A stretch of 63,434 nucleotides of DNA, the filler included, from an uncultured Rhodopirellula sp. (GTDB lineage Bacteria; Planctomycetota; Planctomycetia; Pirellulales; Pirellulaceae), in assembly GCA_964007735.1 (NCBI GenBank). It is 4 parts of 4 records of this genome, joined end to end, with 100 filler letters (N's around TTAATTAATTAA, not from the genome) between each part and the next. Parts side by side here need not be neighbours in the genome. Positions count along the whole stretch, not along the records: positions 33,832 to 48,964 come from CAXGAI010000074.1; positions 49,065 to 63,434 come from CAXGAI010000075.1; 2 more parts are not named here. One strand, given 5' to 3'. Shown in pieces: positions 40,509-50,204 of the stretch. How positions within the stretch are numbered: the first letter of the stretch is position 1; every line of letters starts with the position of its first letter. Made by a program: the position numbers and the translations under genes. The notes beneath the pieces are model-generated. The model was not told the DNA's origin, searched no databases, and saw only the letters and a program-made list of their open reading frames with translations.

Positions 40509-40542
40509 GCTGTTTTGCCTCGTCAGGCAACTATCAAGTGCG

Positions 40543-40578
40543 AACCCTGTGGACCGATTGGTCCACAGGGTTTTTTTT
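40543..40578 (+). terminator. Rho-independent terminator
   Basis: AACCCTGTGGACC-GATT-GGTCCACAGGGTT followed by a T-run. Confidence 0.88.
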
Positions 40579-40743
40579 GGCATAAAACACTGCTGGTTTT
40601 TTCGTTATAAGCGGAAAAGTCCGCAAGATCGTCAAGGTTTAACACGATAGATAGAAGTAGAACACAAAGGGTTATTTGCACGCCGGCTTTGATGGGAGGA
40701 GTGTTAGTCGGTGTGTGATGAGGCAATACACAAGGGATTAAAA

Positions 40744-41319
40744 ATGTTAAATAAGAAAACTTTCAAGCGAGCGGCGGCCTGTCTTTTGGCGGTTGCAGCC
40801 ATTACCAGTGCCGGCTGTTTAGCAACAAATGGCGTAAGTATGGGGCTTCTGTCGGTTCCTATTCCGGTAAGTCCTTATCATCAAACCAAAGCAGAGGACG
40901 ACAATTGGGTCCGGGAACGTTACAGTAAGGTGCCTATCCTGGGGCCTATTGCGGCAGGTGGACCCCAGGTAGCACTGGACCCACCCAGCGATGATGAAGT
41001 GATGCGAGCCTTTTTTAAGGCGCATCCACTGAAGTCTGGTATACCTTTTTTGTATGATGTTCAACGCAACGATGTGCGTATCGTGAAGGAAAAGATTGCT
41101 GACTATATCGACCCACCGCGATTCTATCCTCTAATTGGTCCGGCTCAACTGCATCATGCTCATTACAAGTGTACTGTCTATTACAGTGAAGTGGTGTACG
41201 TCGGCTGGCCAATGCCTCATACATTGGTCGATGAAGAGTCGCTCGAAGTACTCTATATAGATCACAACCACTTGCATATGGTTGGCAATGTGGATGGAGG
41301 GAATGACACTCCGTATTAA
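40744..41319 (+). CDS. putative lipoprotein, hypothetical
   Basis: Basic N-terminus with hydrophobic stretch and lipobox-like TSAGC; followed by a terminator. Confidence 0.7.
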   Translation: MLNKKTFKRAAACLLAVAAITSAGCLATNGVSMGLLSVPIPVSPYHQTKAEDDNWVRERYSKVPILGPIAAGGPQVALDPPSDDEVMRAFFKAHPLKSGIPFLYDVQRNDVRIVKEKIADYIDPPRFYPLIGPAQLHHAHYKCTVYYSEVVYVGWPMPHTLVDEESLEVLYIDHNHLHMVGNVDGGNDTPY

Positions 41320-41409
41320 GTATCGTCAAAACGGATGCGTCTCTCTCTTTGGTACAAAATTTAATCAAAACATTTTGACACACTACGTATTGCCCCGTTG
41401 TGTGACCCT

Positions 41410-41454
41410 TGAAGGAGCTTAGTGGTTTGTGCCGCTAGGCTCCTTCATTTTTTT
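41410..41454 (+). terminator. Rho-independent terminator
   Basis: TGAAGGAGCTTAGTGG-loop-CCGCTAGGCTCCTTCA + TTTTTTT. Confidence 0.85.
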
Positions 41455-42027
41455 GGAAATCTCTTACTGTCGGGGCCCGCCCTCAAATGTTAGCACGCTT
41501 CCGGTTCCGGTGGAGTGTTTGTAGGGTAAGTGGACCAGCAGATTTCCAATTCTGATGGGGTCTTCGATTGAATTTAGTGTTTTCTTGTTGGGGTGCCTTT
41601 GCGTTTGTATTTCACGGCTCGGTTCGCTCGCCAATGTGATGTAGCGAGATCTCCTGGTGTCGCAATTCCTGCTGTCTATAAGAAATCAGCTTTAATAAAG
41701 TTGAGTCAGTTAAACGTCATAGGTTGAGGGGTTCTGGATAGTATTGTGTAGGACTTCGCTGTTTGGAATTGAAATAAATGCCTTATATGGGCGGTCATTG
41801 AAGGGCTAGCGTCTTAGCTGGCTTTAGTCTTATCTAAGATTCTTTGTGTAGTAGGGGTGGTGCTTGGTTAGCAAAGCTTTGTGTAAGTCCGTGCGATTTT
41901 GCTAATTTGAATCTCGTCAAAATTCCGATAAAGGTAAAGAGATACCTAGTCTATTTGAAGCCGTTTCAGGGATGAGATGTTGGGATAGGTAGTTTGGCAT
42001 GGGTTTGAGGCCCAGGGATGGTGCGGG

Positions 42028-42798
42028 ATGATGCGCGATAAGCTAAAAATTGCCTTGCTGGCGATGCTGTTCGTGATTGGAAATTCCAGTTGCGTTCTCG
42101 GTCAGCAGGAGTCGCCGGAAGGTACATCACTACTATCTATCATAAGTGCAGGTGGTTTACTGATGGCGCCGATTGCCCTTTGCTCACTTATTCTCGGAAT
42201 GTTTTCGTTGGAACGTGCGATGAGTCTTCGTCGGGCCCGAATTATTCCACGACCGTTTGTAAAGCGTATTCTAGAACAGTTGAAGGCTGGTGAATTAGAC
42301 AAACGTGAAGCGTATCGAATTTGCCGAGAACACAAAAGTCCCGTGGCAACGGTTCTGGCTGCTGGCGTGCGTCGCTGGGGAAAGCCGGTACAGGAAGTTG
42401 AAAAAGCTGTGGTGGATGCCGGAGAACGCCTCGGCAATAAGTTGAGGAAGTATCTTAAGCTCTTTAATGGGATCGCGACAATCACACCACTGCTCGGTCT
42501 TTTGGGGACGGTGATTGGAATGATCCAGTCATTCAATGCAATTGTTGTAACTGGAGCTATGGGGAAACCGGAATTGCTTGCTGCGGGAATTAGCCAGGCT
42601 TTGATTACCACGGCTGCTGGTTTAACTGTCGCGATCCCGGCATTAATTGCTTATATCTATTTTTCCAGTCGAGTGGATAAATTGTTGATGGAAATCGACG
42701 AGCATGGGCAGCAACTTGTACAGGCTGTGTGTGCCGAACGAGTTGGCCGGATTAAGCGTCGGCAGGCCAACCATGAGGCTACCAGACGGGCTGCTTAA
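42028..42798 (+). CDS. exbB: MotA/TolQ/ExbB proton channel family protein
   Basis: GGLLMAPI, TPLLGLLGTVIGMIQSF, GISQALITTAAGLTVAIPA. Confidence 0.92.
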   Translation: MMRDKLKIALLAMLFVIGNSSCVLGQQESPEGTSLLSIISAGGLLMAPIALCSLILGMFSLERAMSLRRARIIPRPFVKRILEQLKAGELDKREAYRICREHKSPVATVLAAGVRRWGKPVQEVEKAVVDAGERLGNKLRKYLKLFNGIATITPLLGLLGTVIGMIQSFNAIVVTGAMGKPELLAAGISQALITTAAGLTVAIPALIAYIYFSSRVDKLLMEIDEHGQQLVQAVCAERVGRIKRRQANHEATRRAA

Positions 42799-42800
42799 TT

Positions 42801-43220
42801 ATGCCAATCAAGATAAATCAGGACGAAAAGCCCGCAATCAACCTGACCCCGATGATAGACATCGTGTTCTTGTTGGTGATTTTCTTTATGGTGGGCACCA
42901 AATTTTCGGAAGTTGAGCGGCAGCTTGAGTTAACCGTTCCCGAAGTGAGTGACGCGGCGCCAATGGTTGCGGCTGTTCAGCGTCATGTTGTGGCCGTTCT
43001 TAAAGATGGCACGGTGTCTCTTGATGGTGAACTCATGGAACTGCAGAAACTAGAAGAGCAACTTAAGGCTGAGCAGCAAAGTGGTTCTGAGGTCAAGGTA
43101 ACTATTCGTGGTGATGCTCAGGGTGCCTTTCAAAATGTGGCTAGGGTGTTGAGTGTGTGCCGTAACGCTGGTGTTAGCGATCTTGGGGTTTCTGTTCGTC
43201 TCGCTTCTACTGAGGAGTAA
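42801..43220 (+). CDS. exbD: ExbD/TolR family protein
   Basis: INLTPMIDIVFLLVIFFMV, IRGD. Confidence 0.92.
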   Translation: MPIKINQDEKPAINLTPMIDIVFLLVIFFMVGTKFSEVERQLELTVPEVSDAAPMVAAVQRHVVAVLKDGTVSLDGELMELQKLEEQLKAEQQSGSEVKVTIRGDAQGAFQNVARVLSVCRNAGVSDLGVSVRLASTEE

Positions 43221-43223
43221 GCC

Positions 43224-45023
43224 ATGTCGTCGTTTGTGATGTTGTTGGCTGAACAGGTTTTACCTGCGACGTCGATCAACCGGACGGTGGGCGTCATTGT
43301 TTGGGTGGGAGTGATTGTGTTTACACTGGCATTCTTTGTCCTTTCATGGACGAGGCTGGGAAATGCTAAACCACTCGTGAAATGCCTGACACTTAGTGTC
43401 TTTGCTCACGTGTTATTGGGGATTTTCTTTTATGGAACTCAGATGCTGGGTTTGGAGATGGAACTTGGAGGAGATGAACCGGTCACCATTTCCTTGATTT
43501 CAGAGGCGCTGGACGATCCGGTATCTCCGGTCCAGAGAAGTTATGAAATGGAGACGCCCGAGCTAGCAGAAGAGTATCCACAAGAAGACTCAGAGAATCA
43601 GTTCGAAGAGGGGCCGCTGGAAAATATGATTCGTGTGGAGGATCCTGCTACACAAGATGAATCAGCGAGCCAGCCAGTCGAAGCGAGTGGAAAGGGAGAT
43701 GATAGGGTAGATGAGGAAGTGACGCCGGAAGTTTTGGAGGCCGGGTCGCTAATACCTGACTCGCCAATAGCGGATGACGAGTCGATGAAAGCGTCTGTTG
43801 AAGTTGAAGCGGAGACGAACCAACCGACCGATCTGGTTGCAGGGACTGCAGCGGGGGGAGTGAATCCTCAGAAGATAGAGGAGGTTAGCCAGATTGGTGC
43901 CATTGAGTCTGAAGTTGAAAAGCAGGAAGGGCTTCCTTTGCGTCAGGAAGTGATATTTGCGCGGCTTGACGGATCAGAGGTCCCCAAGCCATATCGGGCT
44001 AGATTTGCCCCTGTGGAGGAGGGACAGCATCGTGGCGCAGTATTCGGAACAACTATTGAAACCGAAGCTGCCGTTAAGGCGGGGATCGAATGGTTAGTCC
44101 GGGCCCAAAAGAAGCAGGGTAATTGGGACGCTTCGCAGTTTGGGGGAGGAGTTGATAGAGATGTTGATGGTCAAAATCGCGGCGTTACAGGTGCTGAGGC
44201 AGACATGGGAATATCGGGCTTGGCCCTGCTAGCTCTGATGGGGAATGGGCACACTCATCTCAAAGGCAAATATCGACTTGTTGTTCAGCATGGGTTGGAG
44301 TATTTGCTGGCCCAACAAGAAGCGGACGGTAATTTATCTGGTAACGCCAGTTTATTTGCAAGCATGTATTGCCATGCAATGGCAACCATTGCTGTATGTG
44401 AAGCTTATGCGTTGACGGCTGATAACCGATTACGGGACTATGCGGAAAGGGCCGTTGGCTATACGATTCGGTCACAAGATTCGCGCACCGGAGGATGGCG
44501 TTATCAACCTGCAGATGCGGGGGATATGAGCCAGTTTGGTTGGCAGGTTCTGGCCCTCCGCAGTGCTGAGCAAGCAGGTTTGGTGGTGCCGGCGACGACA
44601 AAAGCGTTAATGATCAAGTTTTTGGCGACCTGTAACACGGGAGCTAATGGAGGACTGGCAGCGTATCGTCCTGGATTTGAGGCAACTCGAACAATGACTG
44701 CCGAATCATTGGCGTGTCGCATGTGGTTAGATTCCCACCGAAGTGTGGAGCAAGTCAAAGAGGCATCCGATTTTATCGTAGCCCAATTGCCTTCCATCTC
44801 TCGTCCGGATTTGTATTACTGGTACTACGGAAGTTTATCGTTGCGGCAGGTCGGAGGCCCGGCATGGCAAGACTGGAGTGGAGCGATGAAACTGGCAGTT
44901 CCGGCTTTGCAATTATCTGATGGAAGCTGGGGCGCGGATACTAAATGGGGTGGTTATGGCGGTAAGGTCTATAGTACAGCGATGGCCGTATTGTGTCTGG
45001 AAAGCTTCTATCGATATCAATAG
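43224..45023 (+). CDS. membrane-anchored prenyltransferase/squalene-oxidase-repeat (alpha/alpha)-barrel protein
   Basis: Two N-terminal TMs and an acidic linker. QW-type repeats WLVRAQKKQGNW, YLLAQQEADG, SQDSRTGGWRY, LQLSDGSW; YYWYY; YSTAMAVLCLE. Confidence 0.82.
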   Translation: MSSFVMLLAEQVLPATSINRTVGVIVWVGVIVFTLAFFVLSWTRLGNAKPLVKCLTLSVFAHVLLGIFFYGTQMLGLEMELGGDEPVTISLISEALDDPVSPVQRSYEMETPELAEEYPQEDSENQFEEGPLENMIRVEDPATQDESASQPVEASGKGDDRVDEEVTPEVLEAGSLIPDSPIADDESMKASVEVEAETNQPTDLVAGTAAGGVNPQKIEEVSQIGAIESEVEKQEGLPLRQEVIFARLDGSEVPKPYRARFAPVEEGQHRGAVFGTTIETEAAVKAGIEWLVRAQKKQGNWDASQFGGGVDRDVDGQNRGVTGAEADMGISGLALLALMGNGHTHLKGKYRLVVQHGLEYLLAQQEADGNLSGNASLFASMYCHAMATIAVCEAYALTADNRLRDYAERAVGYTIRSQDSRTGGWRYQPADAGDMSQFGWQVLALRSAEQAGLVVPATTKALMIKFLATCNTGANGGLAAYRPGFEATRTMTAESLACRMWLDSHRSVEQVKEASDFIVAQLPSISRPDLYYWYYGSLSLRQVGGPAWQDWSGAMKLAVPALQLSDGSWGADTKWGGYGGKVYSTAMAVLCLESFYRYQ

Positions 45024-45037
45024 GGGATAGTAAGCTT

Positions 45038-45484
45038 ATGGTACGCAGTATTATATATCCATTGTTAGGTGTTCTTCTTGCGATGGCGGGCGTCGCTTTG
45101 GTTCAAGGTCTGGGGCATCAAATCTATGGAGTTGCTCCGGTCAAGGAAGGGATGACTCCTGAAGAGATTAATGCAGTTGTTCGAAGCTATTTGGAGACGG
45201 CACCGCTGGGAGCATTGGCGTTCCCGATTCTTGCGTGGATGTCCGGAACATTTCTTGGAACGCTGTACGTCGTTCAGTTGTGTCATGAGATGCCAACAGC
45301 CCACACCGCCCCTGTGCTAAGTGTTATGTTGATTTGCACGATTCTCATGTTAACGATGGTCCCGCATCCTGTGTGGATGTATTTAGCTCCGTTTCTCGTG
45401 GTCGGCGCTTGGTGGAATGCGGTCAAGTTTGGCAAAGCTCGCGTTGCGAAAGCTCAGGCTCGGCAAAAGGCTAAGGAGGAATGA
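45038..45484 (+). CDS. small integral membrane protein
   Basis: About four hydrophobic segments; 14 nt after the upstream stop. Confidence 0.6.
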   Translation: MVRSIIYPLLGVLLAMAGVALVQGLGHQIYGVAPVKEGMTPEEINAVVRSYLETAPLGALAFPILAWMSGTFLGTLYVVQLCHEMPTAHTAPVLSVMLICTILMLTMVPHPVWMYLAPFLVVGAWWNAVKFGKARVAKAQARQKAKEE

Positions 45485-45526
45485 ACCTGGACCGGCCGAC
45501 TTGTTGTAGTCACGGTAGTGAGTGAC

Positions 45527-45916
45527 CTAGTCAGCCTCTTCTGGAGCGACTGGTTCGGAAGGAGGGGGTTCGAACATCGGGACTTCGGGAGCTTCAAAGT
45601 CATCGTAATCGTCTGCTGACCAATCGTCGGCACCTGAAGCAGATGAACTACTTTCTGACGACGAGTCGTTGTAGTAGTCGTTGGATACGTCGTTGACGTA
45701 TTCATCTACCTTGACGGAATTCTGGAATTCGCTAAGTCCTTTACGGAATTCCCGATAGGTCTTCCCGAATTTACGAGCGACTCCGGGGAGATTCTTTCCG
45801 AAGAGCATCACAGCGATTAATCCAATCACCATGACTTCCATCATGCCCATACCACCAAAGATGAGTGCGATAGGCTGAGAAAATCCGTCAGTAGTTTGTT
45901 GGATGAATTGATTCAT
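45527..45916 (-). CDS. tatA: twin-arginine translocase TatA/TatB family subunit
   Basis: GMMEVMVIGLIAVMLFGKNLPGVARKFGKTYREFRKG; acidic tail. Confidence 0.85.
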   Translation of the reverse strand: MNQFIQQTTDGFSQPIALIFGGMGMMEVMVIGLIAVMLFGKNLPGVARKFGKTYREFRKGLSEFQNSVKVDEYVNDVSNDYYNDSSSESSSSASGADDWSADDYDDFEAPEVPMFEPPPSEPVAPEEAD

Positions 45917-45996
45917 AATTGCAGTCGTTACCCATCTGCCTGTAAGAGGAAGAGTGAACCAGCGAGTCTCTCTGATGGTGGATCAGATGAGCTGAT

Positions 45997-46221
45997 TTAC
46001 AATTCGCTATCTTCGTCGACGACGTCGTCATCATCATCGAAGTCATCAGAATCCAAAGGCGTATCGTCTTTTAGGCCTTTCTTGAATTCATTGGCACTCT
46101 TGCCGATGCTTTTAGCAAGTCCCGGAAGTTTGTTTGCGCCAAAGAATAGGATGAAGATCCCGCCAATAATGAGCATTTCCGGAAGCCCCGGCATGCCGAT
46201 TGCAAATAGAGAGGTGGTCAT
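45997..46221 (-). CDS. tatA: twin-arginine translocase TatA/TatE subunit
   Basis: GLPEMLIIGGIFILFFGANKLPGLAKSIGKSANEFKKG. Start reassigned to ATG 46221. Confidence 0.92.
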   Translation of the reverse strand: MTTSLFAIGMPGLPEMLIIGGIFILFFGANKLPGLAKSIGKSANEFKKGLKDDTPLDSDDFDDDDDVVDEDSEL

Positions 46222-46511
46222 AGTATTCGCCCTCGCGTGTATTAAATGATGCATAAGCCCACAATGTCCGGCAAATGCCTGGCCTGTGGGGCCTTTTCTA
46301 CATTGTCTCAAGAGGCGAAAGCGAGCAAGCACCCTACTGGGTTTGCCAGAACCATACCTGAGACCTTTATTCTATTTTCTCAGGCTTTGGCGTCAAGTAG
46401 TGGGGGGAGGTGACCGGAAAACTTTCACTAATCAGAATAATTGTTACCAATCTACTTACTGTTTGGCAACTCAAGCCTTTAGGGCGATAAAAAACTATAT
46501 CGTTCAGACTT

Positions 46512-47660
46512 GTGGGGAGAGAGACCGAGATGGAAATAAAAGTTAAAAGACTAATGCAATTGCCAATTAGTTTGTGTGTGTCTTGGGCCCCTCCTCTAGT
46601 TCTTTTACTTCTCTCCTGTAGTTCAACTATGGCTCAGAGGGGATACGCTTTAACACCGGTGGTTTACTCCGAGTTGTTGCCTCCTGCTGGTGAGGCCTTA
46701 GAGGACGCTGTCGCTAAACCCGCTAGAGATATCAAGCAAATTACATGGGTTGAACAGTTAGTGAAAGAATCGGAAGCTAGCGTCGGTCGGTTGTACTTTG
46801 GTACGGAGCATGCCAATTGGAAGATGCGTCGCAGGGATCTTGATTTTGCAGTAACGCATTCAGGCACTGCTTTGGCGATTGGTAGTGGCGAGATTAGAGA
46901 GCTATCTTTCGATCGCGATAATAATTTCAAAGCGTTTTTTGGGTTTAAGCTCGATGATGTCTGGAAAGCCGGAATCGTCTACTCGAACTACCGGACCTCC
47001 CAGTCAATGGCATTGGAGAGCCAGTTCGCTGGTTCGCTTTTTGCCACAAGAAGCCATCCAAAGTATAACGAAGAAGCATTTGACGCAGAGATCGCTGCAA
47101 TTTTCGAGTCGAATATATTTGATGCTGAAGTAAGGGGAGATATTAGTTTTTCTGACCGGGCCTCGATTACGGTTTTTGGCGGCTTTAGATGGATGGATGT
47201 TACTCAGAGTGTTGTCACCGCATACGATGGTTTGGATTTCAACCAGGGGTTAATTAGTCAGCAAAATCAAAGTGATCTGTTCGGGCTTCGATTCGGTGGA
47301 CTTGGAAGTTTCAATATCAGCGATGATTTCTATTTGTTTGGCAGTCTAGAGGCGACCATCGCCTATGGCGAACATGCCGTTTCATTAAATGAGATGGATA
47401 ACGAATTTGGCACGCAGGATGTTTTAGTGGATGTTCAGGATACCTACGGTCAGGGGCATTTGTTATCTGCGGCAGCCTTCGGAGTGGGCTGGGAGTTTGC
47501 CGGCGGATGTGATCTGAAGCTCGGCTATGAGATCAACTACTGGGGGGGGCTTGCTGATCGCCTGGTATTTCTCGACGATACGCATGAAGCGATGTTTTCG
47601 CATGAAACCGAAGATATCTTGATGGATGGCTTCTTTGTCCGCCTTTCACGCGACTATTAA
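46512..47660 (+). CDS. outer-membrane beta-barrel protein (Lpg1974/BBP7-like)
   Basis: Signal peptide, amphipathic strands (FGGFRWMD, LFGLRFG, LKLGYEINYW), terminal beta-signal GFFVRLSRDY. True start probably slightly downstream. Confidence 0.7.
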   Translation: MGRETEMEIKVKRLMQLPISLCVSWAPPLVLLLLSCSSTMAQRGYALTPVVYSELLPPAGEALEDAVAKPARDIKQITWVEQLVKESEASVGRLYFGTEHANWKMRRRDLDFAVTHSGTALAIGSGEIRELSFDRDNNFKAFFGFKLDDVWKAGIVYSNYRTSQSMALESQFAGSLFATRSHPKYNEEAFDAEIAAIFESNIFDAEVRGDISFSDRASITVFGGFRWMDVTQSVVTAYDGLDFNQGLISQQNQSDLFGLRFGGLGSFNISDDFYLFGSLEATIAYGEHAVSLNEMDNEFGTQDVLVDVQDTYGQGHLLSAAAFGVGWEFAGGCDLKLGYEINYWGGLADRLVFLDDTHEAMFSHETEDILMDGFFVRLSRDY

Positions 47661-48962
47661 TCAGTCATTAGTATTAGTGCTGTCGTTTAAGACGTTGATC
47701 ACGATTAATGCATCTAGAGGTGTGATTTGCTGGTCTGCATTAACGTCAAGATGGAAGTTGCCCTCGATTTTGTCAGTTAATCCACCAAGGATCAGCGGTA
47801 GATCATGATCTGCCAGACCGTTCATGTGGTTGATGATAATTAATGCGTCGATGGGGGACGTATGATTGCTCGAGTTAACATCCGTTGCTGAATTCTCATT
47901 CGAGCTGACCGGCGTACTACCCCAGTTGGTTTGTTCATCAGAGGCCAGATAGTTACCGGACAGACGGTCGAGCAGTAATACCGACTCGGCAGGAATCTCA
48001 GTGGCCTTCTGGACTAGGTCAAACTCAAATTCACTTTGCCAGCTTGTTTTTGCCGTGGTTGCCATTGTTTTTAACTTGGCAAGCAGCACAAGTTTAGGCC
48101 GATCGTCGGAGGTGATTCTTACTTCGGTATCATCGGCGTCTGAGTTTAAGGTGTCGTTGTGGTCCCCACCATACAACACATCCGCTCCGGTGTTGCCGGT
48201 CAGGGTGTCGGTGCCACCCTGACCAAATAGCGTGTCATTGCCTTCCTGGCCGACAATCGTATCATCAGACAATGTACTGACGGCAGAGGTTGGATTGTAT
48301 CGTTTGCGGATTTCAAAACGATTTCGGTCAATCGATTTAATGTCGAGTTTCTGCTCAAGTCGCTGACCGTAGATGTTGCTGTGCAGAGCATCGGATTGAG
48401 TGGAGAAGGTCAGCGACTGACGCGTCGTCTCATCAATGAGTTGTTCGGTGAAGTAGGAACTGACGTCGCCTAGCAGGAAGTCATCTCCCTGGTTTCCGTT
48501 TAATGTATCGTTACCAGCATTGAATTCTGTTGTGGCCTGTTCGGTAAACCGGTCACCCCAATAAGCATGTGTATATTGTGACTCAAGAATCGTGTAGTCG
48601 AATTCGTGACGGTTGTCCTCCAGGTGCTTATGCACATCCTGATTGAATTCTTCGATGTATCGAATAAGCAGGAGTTCGTAAGCCTGTGGGTCGGGCAACT
48701 GGGAGTTGTGCAGGCAGGCCAACTTCGCAGTGATTGAGTCGGTGCCGGCAATGCAGTTGGTAATGCTGTCACGATTGATGTTGTCCTCAAGAAGTTCGGT
48801 CGCGAGTGTGTCGACGGTCGTGGAGGTGACCAGTGGAGTGACCTGTACGGTGAAGTCACCGACAGCAAGATCATCACCAGAATTGCCATCAATTTCGTCG
48901 TTGCCCAGTGAGATATCTGCTTCATAGGACGGCGGTAGTTGTGCCAGTTGGTTCGAGGTTAG
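47661..48962 (-). CDS. large extracellular protein C-terminus with RTX-like Ca-binding repeats and a planctomycete dockerin-like domain, 5'-partial
   Basis: Frame is open to the contig end. GNDTLNGNQGDDFLLGD, GNDTLFGQGGTDTLTGNTGADVLYGG; paired DVN....(S/T)P(I/L)DAL motifs. Confidence 0.82.
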   Translation of the reverse strand, partial: LTSNQLAQLPPSYEADISLGNDEIDGNSGDDLAVGDFTVQVTPLVTSTTVDTLATELLEDNINRDSITNCIAGTDSITAKLACLHNSQLPDPQAYELLLIRYIEEFNQDVHKHLEDNRHEFDYTILESQYTHAYWGDRFTEQATTEFNAGNDTLNGNQGDDFLLGDVSSYFTEQLIDETTRQSLTFSTQSDALHSNIYGQRLEQKLDIKSIDRNRFEIRKRYNPTSAVSTLSDDTIVGQEGNDTLFGQGGTDTLTGNTGADVLYGGDHNDTLNSDADDTEVRITSDDRPKLVLLAKLKTMATTAKTSWQSEFEFDLVQKATEIPAESVLLLDRLSGNYLASDEQTNWGSTPVSSNENSATDVNSSNHTSPIDALIIINHMNGLADHDLPLILGGLTDKIEGNFHLDVNADQQITPLDALIVINVLNDSTNTND

Positions 48963-48964
48963 CT

Positions 48965-49064
48965 NNNNNNNNNNNNNNNNNNNNNNNNNNNNNNNNNNNN
49001 NNNNNNNNTTAATTAATTAANNNNNNNNNNNNNNNNNNNNNNNNNNNNNNNNNNNNNNNNNNNN
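48965..49064. other. artificial contig linker
   Basis: N-TTAATTAATTAA-N. Confidence 0.99.
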
Positions 49065-49169
49065 TCTTCTTCCGGCTTATCAGCAGGTTCTTCTTCAGGC
49101 TTGTCAGCAGGTTCTTCTTCAGGCTTGTCAGCAGGTTCTTCTTCAGGCTGGTCAGCAGGTTCTTCTTCA
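49065..49169. repeat. 24-bp coding tandem repeat (~4 copies, truncated by the gap)
   Basis: Unit TTCTTCTTCAGGCTTGTCAGCAGG encodes PADKPEEE. Confidence 0.9.
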
Positions 49170-49816
49170 GTGGGAGCCTCGGGTTCTTTTGTTGGTTCCT
49201 CAGTGGTATCCTGAAGGAACGCTATTTGTTGTTGTTCGATGCCTGCCAAACGAGCCCAGTCTAATTTCTGCTTGTCGCTGAGCACCGAGATTAATTTGCG
49301 TTCGGTTATCTGGTGTAGGTGTTTCTTTTCCGCATCGGTAGCATGGGCAGCCAGATCATTACGGTGTTTAACGTGGGCACGAATGGCGTTCGCTTGTTGG
49401 TCGCTGATACTTATCGCGACACGGACCTCTGGTTTAAGAAGCGATGCTAGACCGTCTTTCCTAAATTGAATCTGGTTAATACGTGTACGCTGGCTCACGG
49501 TTAAGAGGCTCAATGCCATTTGCTCGGATGTTTTGCGAAATTCCTGAGAAACAACCTCTCTCTCGACTGCAGTGTTTTCGTCGTAGAGTGATTCGAAAAT
49601 TTCGAGTCGCTGCCGTTTGAGGACCTGGAACTTTTTGGTCAGTTCAGGTGAAAGTCCAGTCTCCGATTGTTGAGCCGGATCGGCTAATATCTCCAGCACG
49701 CCCAGATTGGGCGTGAATTCAGCCGCCTGGGCACAGCACTCAATTAGTGCAAAGGCCACCAAAACGAGAGAAAGTTTAATCTGCTTAACAATTGAACCAG
49801 AACGACAGGTATTCAT
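49065..49816 (-). CDS. secreted protein N-terminus with helical LTxxQ-like repeats and EEPADKP linker, 3'-truncated
   Basis: Signal peptide ending AQA; LLTVSQR and VLSDKQK; runs into the contig end. Confidence 0.65.
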
Positions 49817-50204
49817 TGAAGTTTTTCCATTACGGAGGATTCTTTGTTTCGATAGCACCATGAGGGTACCCTTAGAGCCGTAGCTATCAATACAGCACTT
49901 TCCCCTTTTCGGTCTAAAAAATAGCGCAAATTCAACAAACCGAGATCGGGAACGGTCGTACCGTTTATGCGCAATAGTTGCCCATAGGCGGTTATCACCC
50001 TAATAATAAGGTTTAACCAGCAAATTCGTTATACGTTTCGGTTTGAAAGTAGGAAATATATGACTGTGAGGTAAGTTTGGGTGGGTATTTGTTGGGTGTG
50101 CCGGTTATTTGGGATTCAAATTGACATAAAAAAAAGGAAGTAAGTTTTTGCGCAGCTGCAATTCCTAATGCTTTTTTATCCCGTCTCATTTATTTTACTG
50201 ATAT

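Noticed and set aside
43224..45023. Squalene-hopene cyclase / hopanoid synthesis call
   Set aside because: Only one barrel, no DxDD motif, and an N-terminal TM/linker architecture unlike SHC.
45527..46221. Two tatA-like genes without tatC as a novel system
   Set aside because: Dispersed tat genes are common; tatC is probably elsewhere in the genome.
49065..49169. Possible CRISPR array
   Set aside because: Contiguous in-frame repeats with no unique spacers, and no cas genes.
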